64,000 bases of DNA. Source: Deltaproteobacteria bacterium HGW-Deltaproteobacteria-2 (GTDB lineage Bacteria > Desulfobacterota > Syntrophia > Syntrophales > Smithellaceae). The notes beneath the pieces are model-generated. The model was not told the origin of the DNA. It did no database searches and saw only the letters and a list, made by a program, of their open reading frames with translations. A program made the position numbers and the translations under genes. Location: assembly GCA_002840505.1 (NCBI GenBank), contig PHBC01000001.1:131767-195766 (forward strand), in the 5' to 3' direction. Below, one piece after another: positions 9,400 through 18,100 of the stretch. The first letter of the stretch is position 1; each line of letters begins with the position of its first letter.

Positions 9400-10413
9400 T
9401 TATTCAGCAATCGCTTTCACAACTTCAAGCGTGCCGATGTGCACGGGACAATGATCGGAACAACGGCCGCACCCTACACAACCGCATAAACCATCCTGAA
9501 TGTCGGTTTTGTTATAATCAATCAGTTTGTGCTCGTGACGTCTCTTGAGCCTTAGGGCCTGGATCATCCGGGGATTGTGGCCTGACGCCTCACGAGTAAA
9601 ACCTCCGTAAAGACAAGCATCCCATGCCCGCAATCGTATACCGCTCCCGGAAGAAAACTGCTGATCATAAACATTAAAGCAGGTGCAGGTGGGACACACA
9701 AAGGCACAACCACCGCAGGTGATGCACTTTGCGCCAAAATCATCCCAGACTTTTTCAGCAACCTTTTTATCCCTTAGCTTATTCATGGCTTTAATGACCG
9801 CTTTCACCTCAGGTATGTTCTTTTTTGCGTTTTGCAGGAATTCATCTATTTGCTTCTTCGCAAGAGAGTCATCTATTTCGGAAAGGGGTATGCCGGAGAG
9901 CAATTCGTTGCCCCGGGAACTACCGATTTCGATGAGAAAAACATCCCCTTTGTCATAGAACTGCAAATCGAATCCTTGTTTTGCGACAGGACCACTGAGT
10001 GTGGTGGTACAGAAACAGGTTTCGTTTTGCGCTTTGGGACAGGCCATTACAATTGTCGCCGCAGCATTCTGCCTGGCATTATAATAAACATCTTTGTTGT
10101 CACGCGCCATAAAACTCGACGCCTGACGAATGCCCATCATATCGCAGGCACGTAGTCCGAAAATGAGCACCTTGTTTGCCGCCACTACTTCCAGATACTC
10201 GTTATTTTCCACATTGAAAGTTATCTCCGCCTGCGGGAAAAAAACAGATTTGGGAGAAAGCGGCGGTTTTTTATAGTCTAGTGTGAAAGTTTTTTCGCTG
10301 AAATCACCGAATATACAATCACCATTCTCTGTTTTCGTCGGAGAAAGTACTTCGTACTTCTGAGCCCATATACCCAGCGTTTTATTAATGTCTTTTTTGG
10401 CCAGTGTTTTCAT
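9400..10413 (-). CDS. Fe-S subunit related to sulfhydrogenase beta (HydB) / anaerobic sulfite reductase AsrA
   Basis: Cys clusters are CITCGGCAFVCPTCTC and CVGCGRCSDHCP. I place the start at MKTLAKK (ATG 10413) because it overlaps the fdhA stop as ATGA and has AAGGAG 8 nt upstream. The track's start at 10440 is probably too long. Confidence 0.75.
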   Translation of the reverse strand: MKTLAKKDINKTLGIWAQKYEVLSPTKTENGDCIFGDFSEKTFTLDYKKPPLSPKSVFFPQAEITFNVENNEYLEVVAANKVLIFGLRACDMMGIRQASSFMARDNKDVYYNARQNAAATIVMACPKAQNETCFCTTTLSGPVAKQGFDLQFYDKGDVFLIEIGSSRGNELLSGIPLSEIDDSLAKKQIDEFLQNAKKNIPEVKAVIKAMNKLRDKKVAEKVWDDFGAKCITCGGCAFVCPTCTCFNVYDQQFSSGSGIRLRAWDACLYGGFTREASGHNPRMIQALRLKRRHEHKLIDYNKTDIQDGLCGCVGCGRCSDHCPVHIGTLEVVKAIAE

Positions 10414-12446
10414 GCGCATCTCCTTATTTTTACTGCACACCCCTTATATTCAGGAATTTTGGCAATAGGATCAAATGCAGGGTTGGTCAAAAGGTTTATG
10501 GAGGCTTCTTTAAAATGAAAAGTGGAAAAAACAACTTTTTGCGGAACTCTGTCCGTAATCTCCGCCTTCAATTCTATCGATCCGCGGCGGGAGCTTATCT
10601 CAACTTTATCATGATTCCTTATGCCCAGTTTTTTGGCGTCCTCCGGGTGGATTTCCAGCAGTGCTTCGGGAGCCTCCCGATCCAGAATGCTTACACGACG
10701 CGTCATGGTGCCGGTGTGGTAATGATAGTAGATGCGTCCTGTGGTCAGCATAAAATTGTATTCCTCATCAGGTATTTCCGCCGGCGGCTTGAATTCACAG
10801 GGCATAAATGTTCCCAGCCCCTTGCTGAATTTATCCTTATGCAGAAAAGGTGTGCCCGGATGTTCCACCGTGGGACACGGCCAGGGCAGCCCATTGCCTT
10901 TACTTAACCTTTCATAAGTTATGCCCCCGTAAGAAGGGGTCAGAGCGTTTATCTCTCTAAGTACATCGACAGGTGATTCATAATTCATCGGATAACCGGC
11001 AAGTTTGCTGATTTCACAAATTATCTGCCAGTCGGGACGGGCTTGTCCCGGAGGAGAAACAGCTTTTGCTCCAAGCTGTACCTTTCTTTCCGTGTTGGTA
11101 TAGGTGCCGTCTTTTTCCGCAAAGCAAGCTGCTGGCAAAACGACATCGGCTTTTAAAGCCGTCTCGGAAAGAAAAATATCCTGCACAACAAGAAGATCAA
11201 GATTGGAAAGAGCCTGTTCAATGTGCGAGGTATCGGGATCGCTCATCAACGGATTTTCTCCCATAATATACAGAGCCTTCAGTTCTCCTTTCTGAGCGGC
11301 AATCATCATATCGGTGATGGTCAGTCCGGGCTTGTCGTCCAGTCCTTCAACTTTCCACGCTTCTTCAAATTTCTTCTTTACGTTCGCGTCAATAACCGGC
11401 TGATAAGCGCTGTAAACATTGGGCAGACCGCCCATATCGCAGGCGCCCTGAACATTATTCTGACCGCGCAGCGGATTGACACCGACGGCGGGACGACCCA
11501 AATGACCGGTCAGCATGGCCAGATTCGCGCAGGTTTTCACATTGTCCACACCGGTCGTATGCTGCGTGATGCCCATGGCGTAGGCAATCATCGCTTTGTC
11601 CGCTTTGGCGTACATGCGCGCCGCTTTTTTCAAATCCACGGTGGATATGCTGGAAATTTTTTCCACAACTTTCGGCGGATATTTGCTGACGATTTCTTTT
11701 AATTGCTCGAATTTTTCAGTCCTCGTCTCGACAAATTCCTTGTCATAAAGATCTTCTTCAATAATGACATTCATCATACCGTTTAATACGGCCACATCCG
11801 TGCCGATATTTTGCCGCAGATGCAGATCGGCAAACTTTGCCAGCGGTATTTCTCTCGGATCAATAATCAGCAATTGCGCGCCTCTTTGTTTGGCATTGAT
11901 GATGCGCGACCCGATTAAAGGATGCTGTTCCGTTGTATTGGAACCGGTCACAAGGAATAAATCGGCATCATCGAAATCGTTTATCGAATTTGTCATGGCT
12001 CCGGAACCAAATGTCGCGGCCAGACCGACCACGGTGGAGCTGTGTCAAAGCCGGGCACAGTGATCGACATTGTTTGTTTTGAAAACCGCCCGCGCCAGCT
12101 TCATAAAAAGATAATTTTCTTCATTAGTCACTTTTGCCGAACAGAGAAACCCCAGAGAGCGCGGACCATATTTCTTTTTTGTATCAATCAGCTTGTCCGC
12201 AACAAACTTCAACGCTTCTTCCCAACTTGTTCCTACAAGCTCTCCGTGCCTGCGCACCAGCGGCATGGTCAACCTTTCGGAAGAATGGATAAATTCATGA
12301 GAGTTCCAACCTTTCACGCATAACATGCCTTTATTAATCGGATTCGAGGGACTAGGCTCAACACCCACCACCCTGTCTCCTTCCGACAGGAGATAAAAAC
12401 TGCACCCGCATCCGCAAAAGGGACATACGCTTCTTGTCCTTTTCAT
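10410..12446 (-). CDS. fdhA: Cytoplasmic molybdopterin formate dehydrogenase alpha subunit, a selenoprotein (in-frame UGA at 12047-12045)
   Basis: Track ORFs 12045..12446 and 10410..12032 are in the same frame, separated only by TGA. The joined sequence reads ...[30 protein letters not shown], which is the conserved Sec/Cys active-site context of FdhH-type enzymes. The N-terminal CPFCGCGCSF is a 4Fe-4S motif. There is no twin-arginine signal. Confidence 0.85.
11995..12044 (-). other. Candidate bacterial SECIS stem-loop immediately 3' of the UGA
   Basis: The RNA CACAGCUCCACCGUGGUCGGUCUGGCCGCGACAUUUGGUUCCGGAGCC can pair GCUCC/GGAGC and GUCG(G)/C(C)GCGAC around a GGUCUG apex. As I recall it, GGUCUG sits at the same codon offset from UGA as in the E. 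coli fdhF SECIS. Confidence 0.45.
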
Positions 12447-12448
12447 GA

Positions 12449-13291
12449 TCAGATTGCCTCCTTAATGTTTTCAATCTCGGGATAGGGAAAGACCGGCCCC
12501 TCAATGCAACAATACTTGTCTCCGAAAGCGCAGTGTCCGCACTTTCCTACACCGCATTTCATCATTCTTTCCAGGGACATGAAAATATGTTCCTTGGCAA
12601 ATCCTAAGTTAAGAAGTTTTTGCAAAACAAAACGATACATTACTGGCGGACCGCATAGCACGGCGTATGTTTCCCTGGGCGAAAGATCGGTACGGTCGAA
12701 CAGGCCAGTAACCACGCCTACATACTGTTTCCATATTCCTTCATCATCCCTATCCACACTATAGAGATAATTGATGTCATCGCGATCAAAAAAACTTAAC
12801 AATTCATATTTAAACAGAACATTATCGGGATTATTTGTGCCATACATTAAAATGATATCATCAAACTCTTTCCTCTTGTCCAATGCATAGAGCAAAAGTG
12901 AGCGTAGCGGGGCAAGCCCGAGACCACCAGCAACAAAAAGCAGTTTGTGCCCTTTGAGCTGTTCCACGGGAAAACCTCTTCCGTAAGGCCCCCTGATGTG
13001 GAAGGCAGAGCCTTTGCTCATCTCAAAAAGAGCGTTGGTCACCTTTCCCGCACGTCTTACGCAAATTTCGAGAGTGTCCGGTCTAGTCGGCGGAGAGGAT
13101 ATGCTGATGGGTGCCTCGCCTTTGCCAAAAATGGAAACTTCGATAAACTGTCCCGGCTGATGCCCGAAACTCTCCCACGTTGTTCCATCCTCCAACTTCA
13201 ATTGAAAGAGCCGATGGTCTTTTATCTGTGGCAAAGCTCTGATAATCGAAACAGGTCGAAGCTGATAAACATTGCCGCAATCACCTCCCAT
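12449..13291 (-). CDS. FAD/NAD(P)-binding 2Fe-2S subunit related to sulfhydrogenase gamma (HydG) / AsrB / PyrK
   Basis: RAGKVT (flavin), LLFVAGGLGLAPL (NAD(P) fold) and the C-terminal MKCGVGKCGHC 2Fe-2S motif. The stop lies 2 nt before the fdhA ATG. Confidence 0.8.
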   Translation of the reverse strand: MGGDCGNVYQLRPVSIIRALPQIKDHRLFQLKLEDGTTWESFGHQPGQFIEVSIFGKGEAPISISSPPTRPDTLEICVRRAGKVTNALFEMSKGSAFHIRGPYGRGFPVEQLKGHKLLFVAGGLGLAPLRSLLLYALDKRKEFDDIILMYGTNNPDNVLFKYELLSFFDRDDINYLYSVDRDDEGIWKQYVGVVTGLFDRTDLSPRETYAVLCGPPVMYRFVLQKLLNLGFAKEHIFMSLERMMKCGVGKCGHCAFGDKYCCIEGPVFPYPEIENIKEAI

Positions 13292-13334
13292 AGCTGTACC
13301 TCCTTCATCCTGATGATTCTTGGTTATCTGACGA

Positions 13335-13352
13335 AAGCAAGTTTAATACCAA
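13335..13352 (-). promoter_or_regulatory. Weaker candidate sigma-54 promoter for the FDH operon
   Basis: The minus strand reads TTGGTATTAAACTTGCTT. GG and GC have canonical spacing, about 45 nt upstream of the ATG at 13291. The -24 element is TGGTAT rather than TGGCAC. Confidence 0.35.
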
Positions 13353-13706
13353 AAGGTTATATATTTGATATAACGGCGATATTTGGAACACTCCATGATG
13401 TTTTAATGAGAGTGGGGGCAGGATACCCCGACTTCGGGTATATATTACCCCTCTTTCTGTATCGTGATGATTTGCATAAATTTAGGCAAGCGGGACTATT
13501 TTCTCCAGTCATAATCGCCATAATAATTCAAACGGAGAATATAATATTGATGGTCGCTTTCCGTTTCTTCTCTGAAAATTTCCGGACAGCAACGATCTCT
13601 CGGCTTTCGTAAAATAAAAAAACTGCGGATTTATTTTTTTGTGAAAAACGAAAAATGCAGTCAAGAATACAATATATTTTACGCTTTCTGGAATGTCTCT
13701 CGAAGA

Positions 13707-13722
13707 GGGCATATTCTTTGCT
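13707..13722 (+). promoter_or_regulatory. Candidate sigma-54 promoter for the OFA transporter gene
   Basis: GGGCATATTCTTTGCT matches tGGCAc-N5-TTGCt with correct spacing, about 130 nt upstream of the ATG at 13854. Confidence 0.55.
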
Positions 13723-13853
13723 TATGCGTAATAAAATGTTTTATTTATTCATGACGCGATAAAAGCACTTCATCTACCAACATGCTGAGGTTGTCTTAAA
13801 GTGTCACCAATTAAATTCAGCCTTTTAAAAGGCAAGGGAGGAAATAAAAAAAT

Positions 13854-15146
13854 ATGGCGAATGAAAATTTAGAAAGTAAGAGATGGTTGATTGCCGGCGC
13901 AGCTGTTATCATTCAGCTTTGTCTCGGCACCGTGTACGCGTGGTCTGTTTTTAAAATTCCTTTAATGAAAATGCATGGATGGGATGGTAAAACTGTTCAG
14001 TACACTTTTATGATCCTCATGGGCATCATTGGACTGGCTGCAGCTTTCGGCGGTACCCTGGTTGATAAAAAAGGCCCCCGTTTTGTCGCTACAATTGGCG
14101 GCATTCTTTTCGGTATCGGTACATTGGTAGCCGGTTACGCTGATCAGGTCGGTAATATTTATCTACTTTATCTCGGCTTCGGCGTCATCGCCGCCTTGGG
14201 AAATGGTTTCGGCTATGTAACACCTATTGCAACTTTAATTCGTTGGTTTCCCGATAAACGAGGTCTCGTAACTGGTCTTGCCGTTATGGGCTTTGGCGCC
14301 GGCGCTTTTTTTATGGGCAAAATCGCTCCGCTCATGATAGCGTCCTTCAAGCAGGTTGATCCGTCCGGAACAGTTTTGGCCTCTGGCGTAGCTAACACCT
14401 GGTATATATGGGGTGTTATATTCCTTATCCTTGTAACCGGTTCTGCCCAATTATTTAAAAATCCTCCCAAGGGATGGTTGCCTGCCGGTTTCAAACCAGC
14501 CGCTACAACCGTTTCCGCAGCTGATTCTTTCACTTTAGGCGAAGCTGTAAAGACTCCCCAGTGGTGGATGCTTTGGTCTATGCTTTGTCTTAACGTCTCC
14601 GCCGGTCTAGGTCTTATCTCCCAACATTCCCCGCTGGCCCAGGATATATACAAAAAAACGATGGGCTTAACCGGTGACTTAACTCCGGAACAAGTAGCCA
14701 TAGTCGCTGCCGCCGGCGGCGCTGTCGTTGCCTACGCCGCAATATTCAATGGACTGGGAAGACTTTTTTGGGCAAAAATTTCCGATAATATCGGCCGCAA
14801 AATGGTCTTCATGATTATGTTTGCCACTCAGGCAGTTTTGTACGTGCTGGTTGCTAAAGGATTTGTTGCCACCTACGTGCTTTTTATAGTAGCTTCCTGC
14901 TATCTTCTGGCCTGTTACGGCGGTGGCTTTGCTACGATGCCCGCTTTTGCCGCCGACTCATTCGGCCCGGCTAATATCGGCAAAGTTTATGGCTTTATGC
15001 TGACCGCCTGGAGCACCGCCGGTCTCATCGGACCCTATGTATTTGAAGCGTTCAAACCTCAGGCACTGATGATTGCAGCCGGGCTGCTAGCCGTCGGCTT
15101 TTGTATAGCGCTTGTTTACAAAGCACCCAAAGGAAAAAAAGCTTAA
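13854..15146 (+). CDS. MFS transporter, oxalate/formate antiporter (OFA) family
   Basis: About 12 predicted TM segments. The N-terminal LCLGTVYAWSVFK motif is characteristic of OFA-family MFS proteins. The RBS is AGGGAGG. Confidence 0.8.
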   Translation: MANENLESKRWLIAGAAVIIQLCLGTVYAWSVFKIPLMKMHGWDGKTVQYTFMILMGIIGLAAAFGGTLVDKKGPRFVATIGGILFGIGTLVAGYADQVGNIYLLYLGFGVIAALGNGFGYVTPIATLIRWFPDKRGLVTGLAVMGFGAGAFFMGKIAPLMIASFKQVDPSGTVLASGVANTWYIWGVIFLILVTGSAQLFKNPPKGWLPAGFKPAATTVSAADSFTLGEAVKTPQWWMLWSMLCLNVSAGLGLISQHSPLAQDIYKKTMGLTGDLTPEQVAIVAAAGGAVVAYAAIFNGLGRLFWAKISDNIGRKMVFMIMFATQAVLYVLVAKGFVATYVLFIVASCYLLACYGGGFATMPAFAADSFGPANIGKVYGFMLTAWSTAGLIGPYVFEAFKPQALMIAAGLLAVGFCIALVYKAPKGKKA

Positions 15147-15159
15147 CAATGATTCGACT

Positions 15160-15195
15160 CTGTTCGTCCGACCTCACATGCGGTCGGACGAACAG
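15160..15195 (+). terminator. Long perfect hairpin after the transporter gene
   Basis: CTGTTCGTCCGACC-8 nt-GGTCGGACGAACAG is a 14-bp perfect stem. The trailing T-run is poor. Confidence 0.5.
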
Positions 15196-15313
15196 ATAGT
15201 TTATTAAAATCCATGCCTCCCCCATATTCATCATTGGGGTATTTCATCAATAAAGAATTTTCAGCGATTAATATTTTTTTTAAATCAAAGTTTTTAAAAA
15301 TAATAGAACACGT

Positions 15314-15907
15314 TTAAGGAAGTGAACTTAAATGATCTTCCAGGAATTGCCAGATATCGCTCTTGCCCTTTTGCGTTATTGCAGAAAAAAGGATGGGCTT
15401 TTTGCCAGCCGATACTCGCAGAGTTCGCTCTATTGCGCGCTGACGGGCAATAGTCTGATTATTGGATAATTTATCGGTCTTGGTCAAAACATATAAATAA
15501 GGTATGCGGTAATGCTCCAGCCAGTCACGCAAAGACAAATCATCTTCGCTGGGATCGCGCCGGATATCCAGAATTAAAATTACCAGAGCAAGGCACTGTC
15601 TCTCCCGCAGATAGGATTCAATCATATCCCCCCAGTCTTTTTTAACGGACTGAGAAACCTTGGCAAAACCGTAACCGGGAAGATCAACGAAAGAAACCTT
15701 CTCATTAATCGTGAAAAAATTGATTAACTGCGTCCTCCCTGGAGTATTGCTCGTCTTGGCTAATTTTTTGCGCCCGACAAGCGTGTTGATCAATGATGAT
15801 TTGCCGACATTGGAACGCCCGACAAAAGCAATCTCCGGCAGTATCGCTGGTGGATATTGAGGCGGCCAGACCGCACTTTTTATAAATTCCGCACTTGTAA
15901 TTTTCAT
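15314..15907 (-). CDS. engB: Ribosome-biogenesis GTPase YsxC/EngB
   Basis: GRSNVGKSSLINTL (G1), DLPGYG (G3) and TKTDK (G4), with typical length. Confidence 0.85.
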   Translation of the reverse strand: MKITSAEFIKSAVWPPQYPPAILPEIAFVGRSNVGKSSLINTLVGRKKLAKTSNTPGRTQLINFFTINEKVSFVDLPGYGFAKVSQSVKKDWGDMIESYLRERQCLALVILILDIRRDPSEDDLSLRDWLEHYRIPYLYVLTKTDKLSNNQTIARQRAIERTLRVSAGKKPILFSAITQKGKSDIWQFLEDHLSSLP

Positions 15908-15918
15908 AGTGTTTAATA

Positions 15919-16851
15919 CTAAAGCTTTACTTCTGATTTATCCACTCTTAAATTTGCCCGGAAAATCTTTTCTTTCAAAATTAGCCATGGCCGGACTAAA
16001 AAAGGATATTGCGCTATAATATTGTAGATACTATATATAATAATCCCTTTCAAACAGTATCCTTTTCTTCCCTGTCTCTCCATAACGGAATTATAATATT
16101 TCTTAAAAAAATAAGATGTATAATATACCGACCAGAAAACATATGCGAAACGTCCAACCCGCTGACCACCGCTGTTCACTTCCGAAGAATGCATATGAAC
16201 ACTATGAGTGTCATTGGTCATGATAATTTTCCCCCCGCGGGAGTATATTTTTGCCTGCACATCGCTTTCCTCTCGAAAACCGTTTCCCTTACTGTAAAAG
16301 GTATCAATATCGTGGGACAGCAGAAGATCTCTTTTTGCCAGAAAAATAGCATGGGTAAAAGGAAGCTCGATATCACCTTCAAATTTTGCATCTAAATTAA
16401 TATAAAAAAACCGAAAATCAAAAACCGGTCCATCATTTTCTCCCGTTTGAAATCGGGCAATCGCCGAAACCACACTTTCTCCCGGCTTACGAAAAAAATG
16501 CCGCCCCGAAACAATGTCCGCCTGTAAACTTTTCAATTTTCCGAGGCAGACTTCCGTGTAATTTTCTTCCAGAAAATCATCATCATCGCCGAATAGAACA
16601 AATTCACCATGAGCCGCCAGAAGCCCCCGCCGCCGGGAGTAAGGAGCACCTTTCCTTTTTTTGTTTTTCAAATAAAGCGTTTTTATCAAAGGATACTTGC
16701 GGCTGAATTCATTGACAATGGCGGTCGTGTTATCTGATCCTCCATCATCAACAATAATCATCTCTTTAATAAATTTTTGCCGGTAAAACGAATCAAGAAC
16801 CTGAGAAAGGGTGTATCCGCGATTGAAGGTTGGAATTATTATACTTATCAT
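15919..16851 (-). CDS. Family-2 glycosyltransferase
   Basis: N-terminal ISIIIPTFNR...IIVDDGGSDNT and a DDDD acidic motif. Confidence 0.75.
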   Translation of the reverse strand: MISIIIPTFNRGYTLSQVLDSFYRQKFIKEMIIVDDGGSDNTTAIVNEFSRKYPLIKTLYLKNKKRKGAPYSRRRGLLAAHGEFVLFGDDDDFLEENYTEVCLGKLKSLQADIVSGRHFFRKPGESVVSAIARFQTGENDGPVFDFRFFYINLDAKFEGDIELPFTHAIFLAKRDLLLSHDIDTFYSKGNGFREESDVQAKIYSRGGKIIMTNDTHSVHMHSSEVNSGGQRVGRFAYVFWSVYYTSYFFKKYYNSVMERQGRKGYCLKGIIIYSIYNIIAQYPFLVRPWLILKEKIFRANLRVDKSEVKL

Positions 16852-16930
16852 TAAAGTATGAGTAATTTGACTTTGTTAATTTTTTCTCGCTCAAAAAACA
16901 TGTATGATGTCCCCGGATTTCCAAGATATT

Positions 16931-17731
16931 TTATGGTTGAAAAATTCTGGTTTTAGGATTTTCAAGGAGTAATTTTAAATCATACTTTTTATGAGATCTC
17001 AAAACGTCGTTCTCAGTCGGTCCTATGCAGGGGTCTTCAGTAACAACATCAACTGTATGGTCATCAAGAAAGTGACAATATAATGTTTTGCCGTGGCAAC
17101 TCGTACCATCTTCCTGCTCATACAAACTCAAATCTTCATACAGTCTGGATAAAACAGTCGCATTACATTTATTATCAATGAACAGAAACACCAAACTAGA
17201 CCAAGAATCCATACCATCACCACCAAATAATTTAATAACCGCATAATATCCCCGTTCTATATTCTTACGTATTTCAATTGGTTCTATTTGGTAATAATAA
17301 AATTTATCTTTTTCTTTACCCATAAGATCAATATGCTGAAAACATAAAGGTTTGTTTGTATTATTCCTATTAAACATAGCCATTATAAATTCCGTTCCAA
17401 TGACAGTACCTTCACGACATGCCGGACAATCCAGAAATGCCATAATAAGAGGAGTTCCGGGTAAAGGCACAGCAGAGTGAAGAGAATACAATACAGCTAT
17501 AGTGTTGTTACATGATTCAGGACAGCCGTCTTTATACCATTCTGGATTTGCCATATGGACGGTATATCCAGTAATCAATTTCAGCGACTGTTTGCCTTTA
17601 TTGTTTGAATAGCGAAAAGCTTTTTTAGATAGTTCTTCTATTTGTTTGTCACTTTTATTCTCAGGTTCAACAGCTTGAACAGAGAAGACCACAAACATTA
17701 TACAGGCTAGGATTATCAATGTCTTTTTCAT
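16931..17731 (-). CDS. Secreted Cys-rich hypothetical protein
   Basis: Clear signal peptide (MKKTLIILACIMFVVFSVQA). No family recognised. Confidence 0.5.
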   Translation of the reverse strand: MKKTLIILACIMFVVFSVQAVEPENKSDKQIEELSKKAFRYSNNKGKQSLKLITGYTVHMANPEWYKDGCPESCNNTIAVLYSLHSAVPLPGTPLIMAFLDCPACREGTVIGTEFIMAMFNRNNTNKPLCFQHIDLMGKEKDKFYYYQIEPIEIRKNIERGYYAVIKLFGGDGMDSWSSLVFLFIDNKCNATVLSRLYEDLSLYEQEDGTSCHGKTLYCHFLDDHTVDVVTEDPCIGPTENDVLRSHKKYDLKLLLENPKTRIFQP

Positions 17732-17970
17732 TTTAACTTATGTAAATATTAATAAAGTTCCAAAATATACTTCCTAAAAATAAAACAATGATCAGTAAAC
17801 ATCCAATTACTGTGTTTCTATTCCTTGCTTTTATTAAAGATATAAAAGTAAATATGCTTAATGATAACCAAAATGGATAATGGGGTCAAGTCTTGAAATA
17901 TCAGTTTCCCCGTCAATTGTAATTATTTTTTATACTACTGGATTCCCGCCTATGCGAGAATGACAAACGT

Positions 17971-18095
17971 AGGGGCTTTTCAAAAATGGTTAGATGCAAG
18001 GCTCCCGATCCCTGAGGAGTGAGACGTATTTTTTGCATACGTCGCAACGACGAAGGGCGAGGGAAACGCAGCATATGACCGTTTTTCAAAAGCCC
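17971..18095. repeat. MITE-like element bounded by about 19-bp terminal inverted repeats
   Basis: GGGGCTTTTCAAAAATGGT (17971-17989) faces ACCGTTTTTCAAAAGCCCC (18077-18095). The internal hairpin GACGTAT-7 nt-ATACGTC shares the CGTAT...ATACG core with the 36.5-kb and 39.3-kb elements. Confidence 0.55.
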
Positions 18096-18100
18096 CACAC

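Noticed and set aside
12045-12446. fdhA split into two ORFs, which could be read as a pseudogene
   Set aside because: The only interruption is a single in-frame TGA at the canonical Sec position (CARL-U-HS). Both halves are intact and translationally coupled to their neighbours. Selenocysteine decoding is the simpler explanation.
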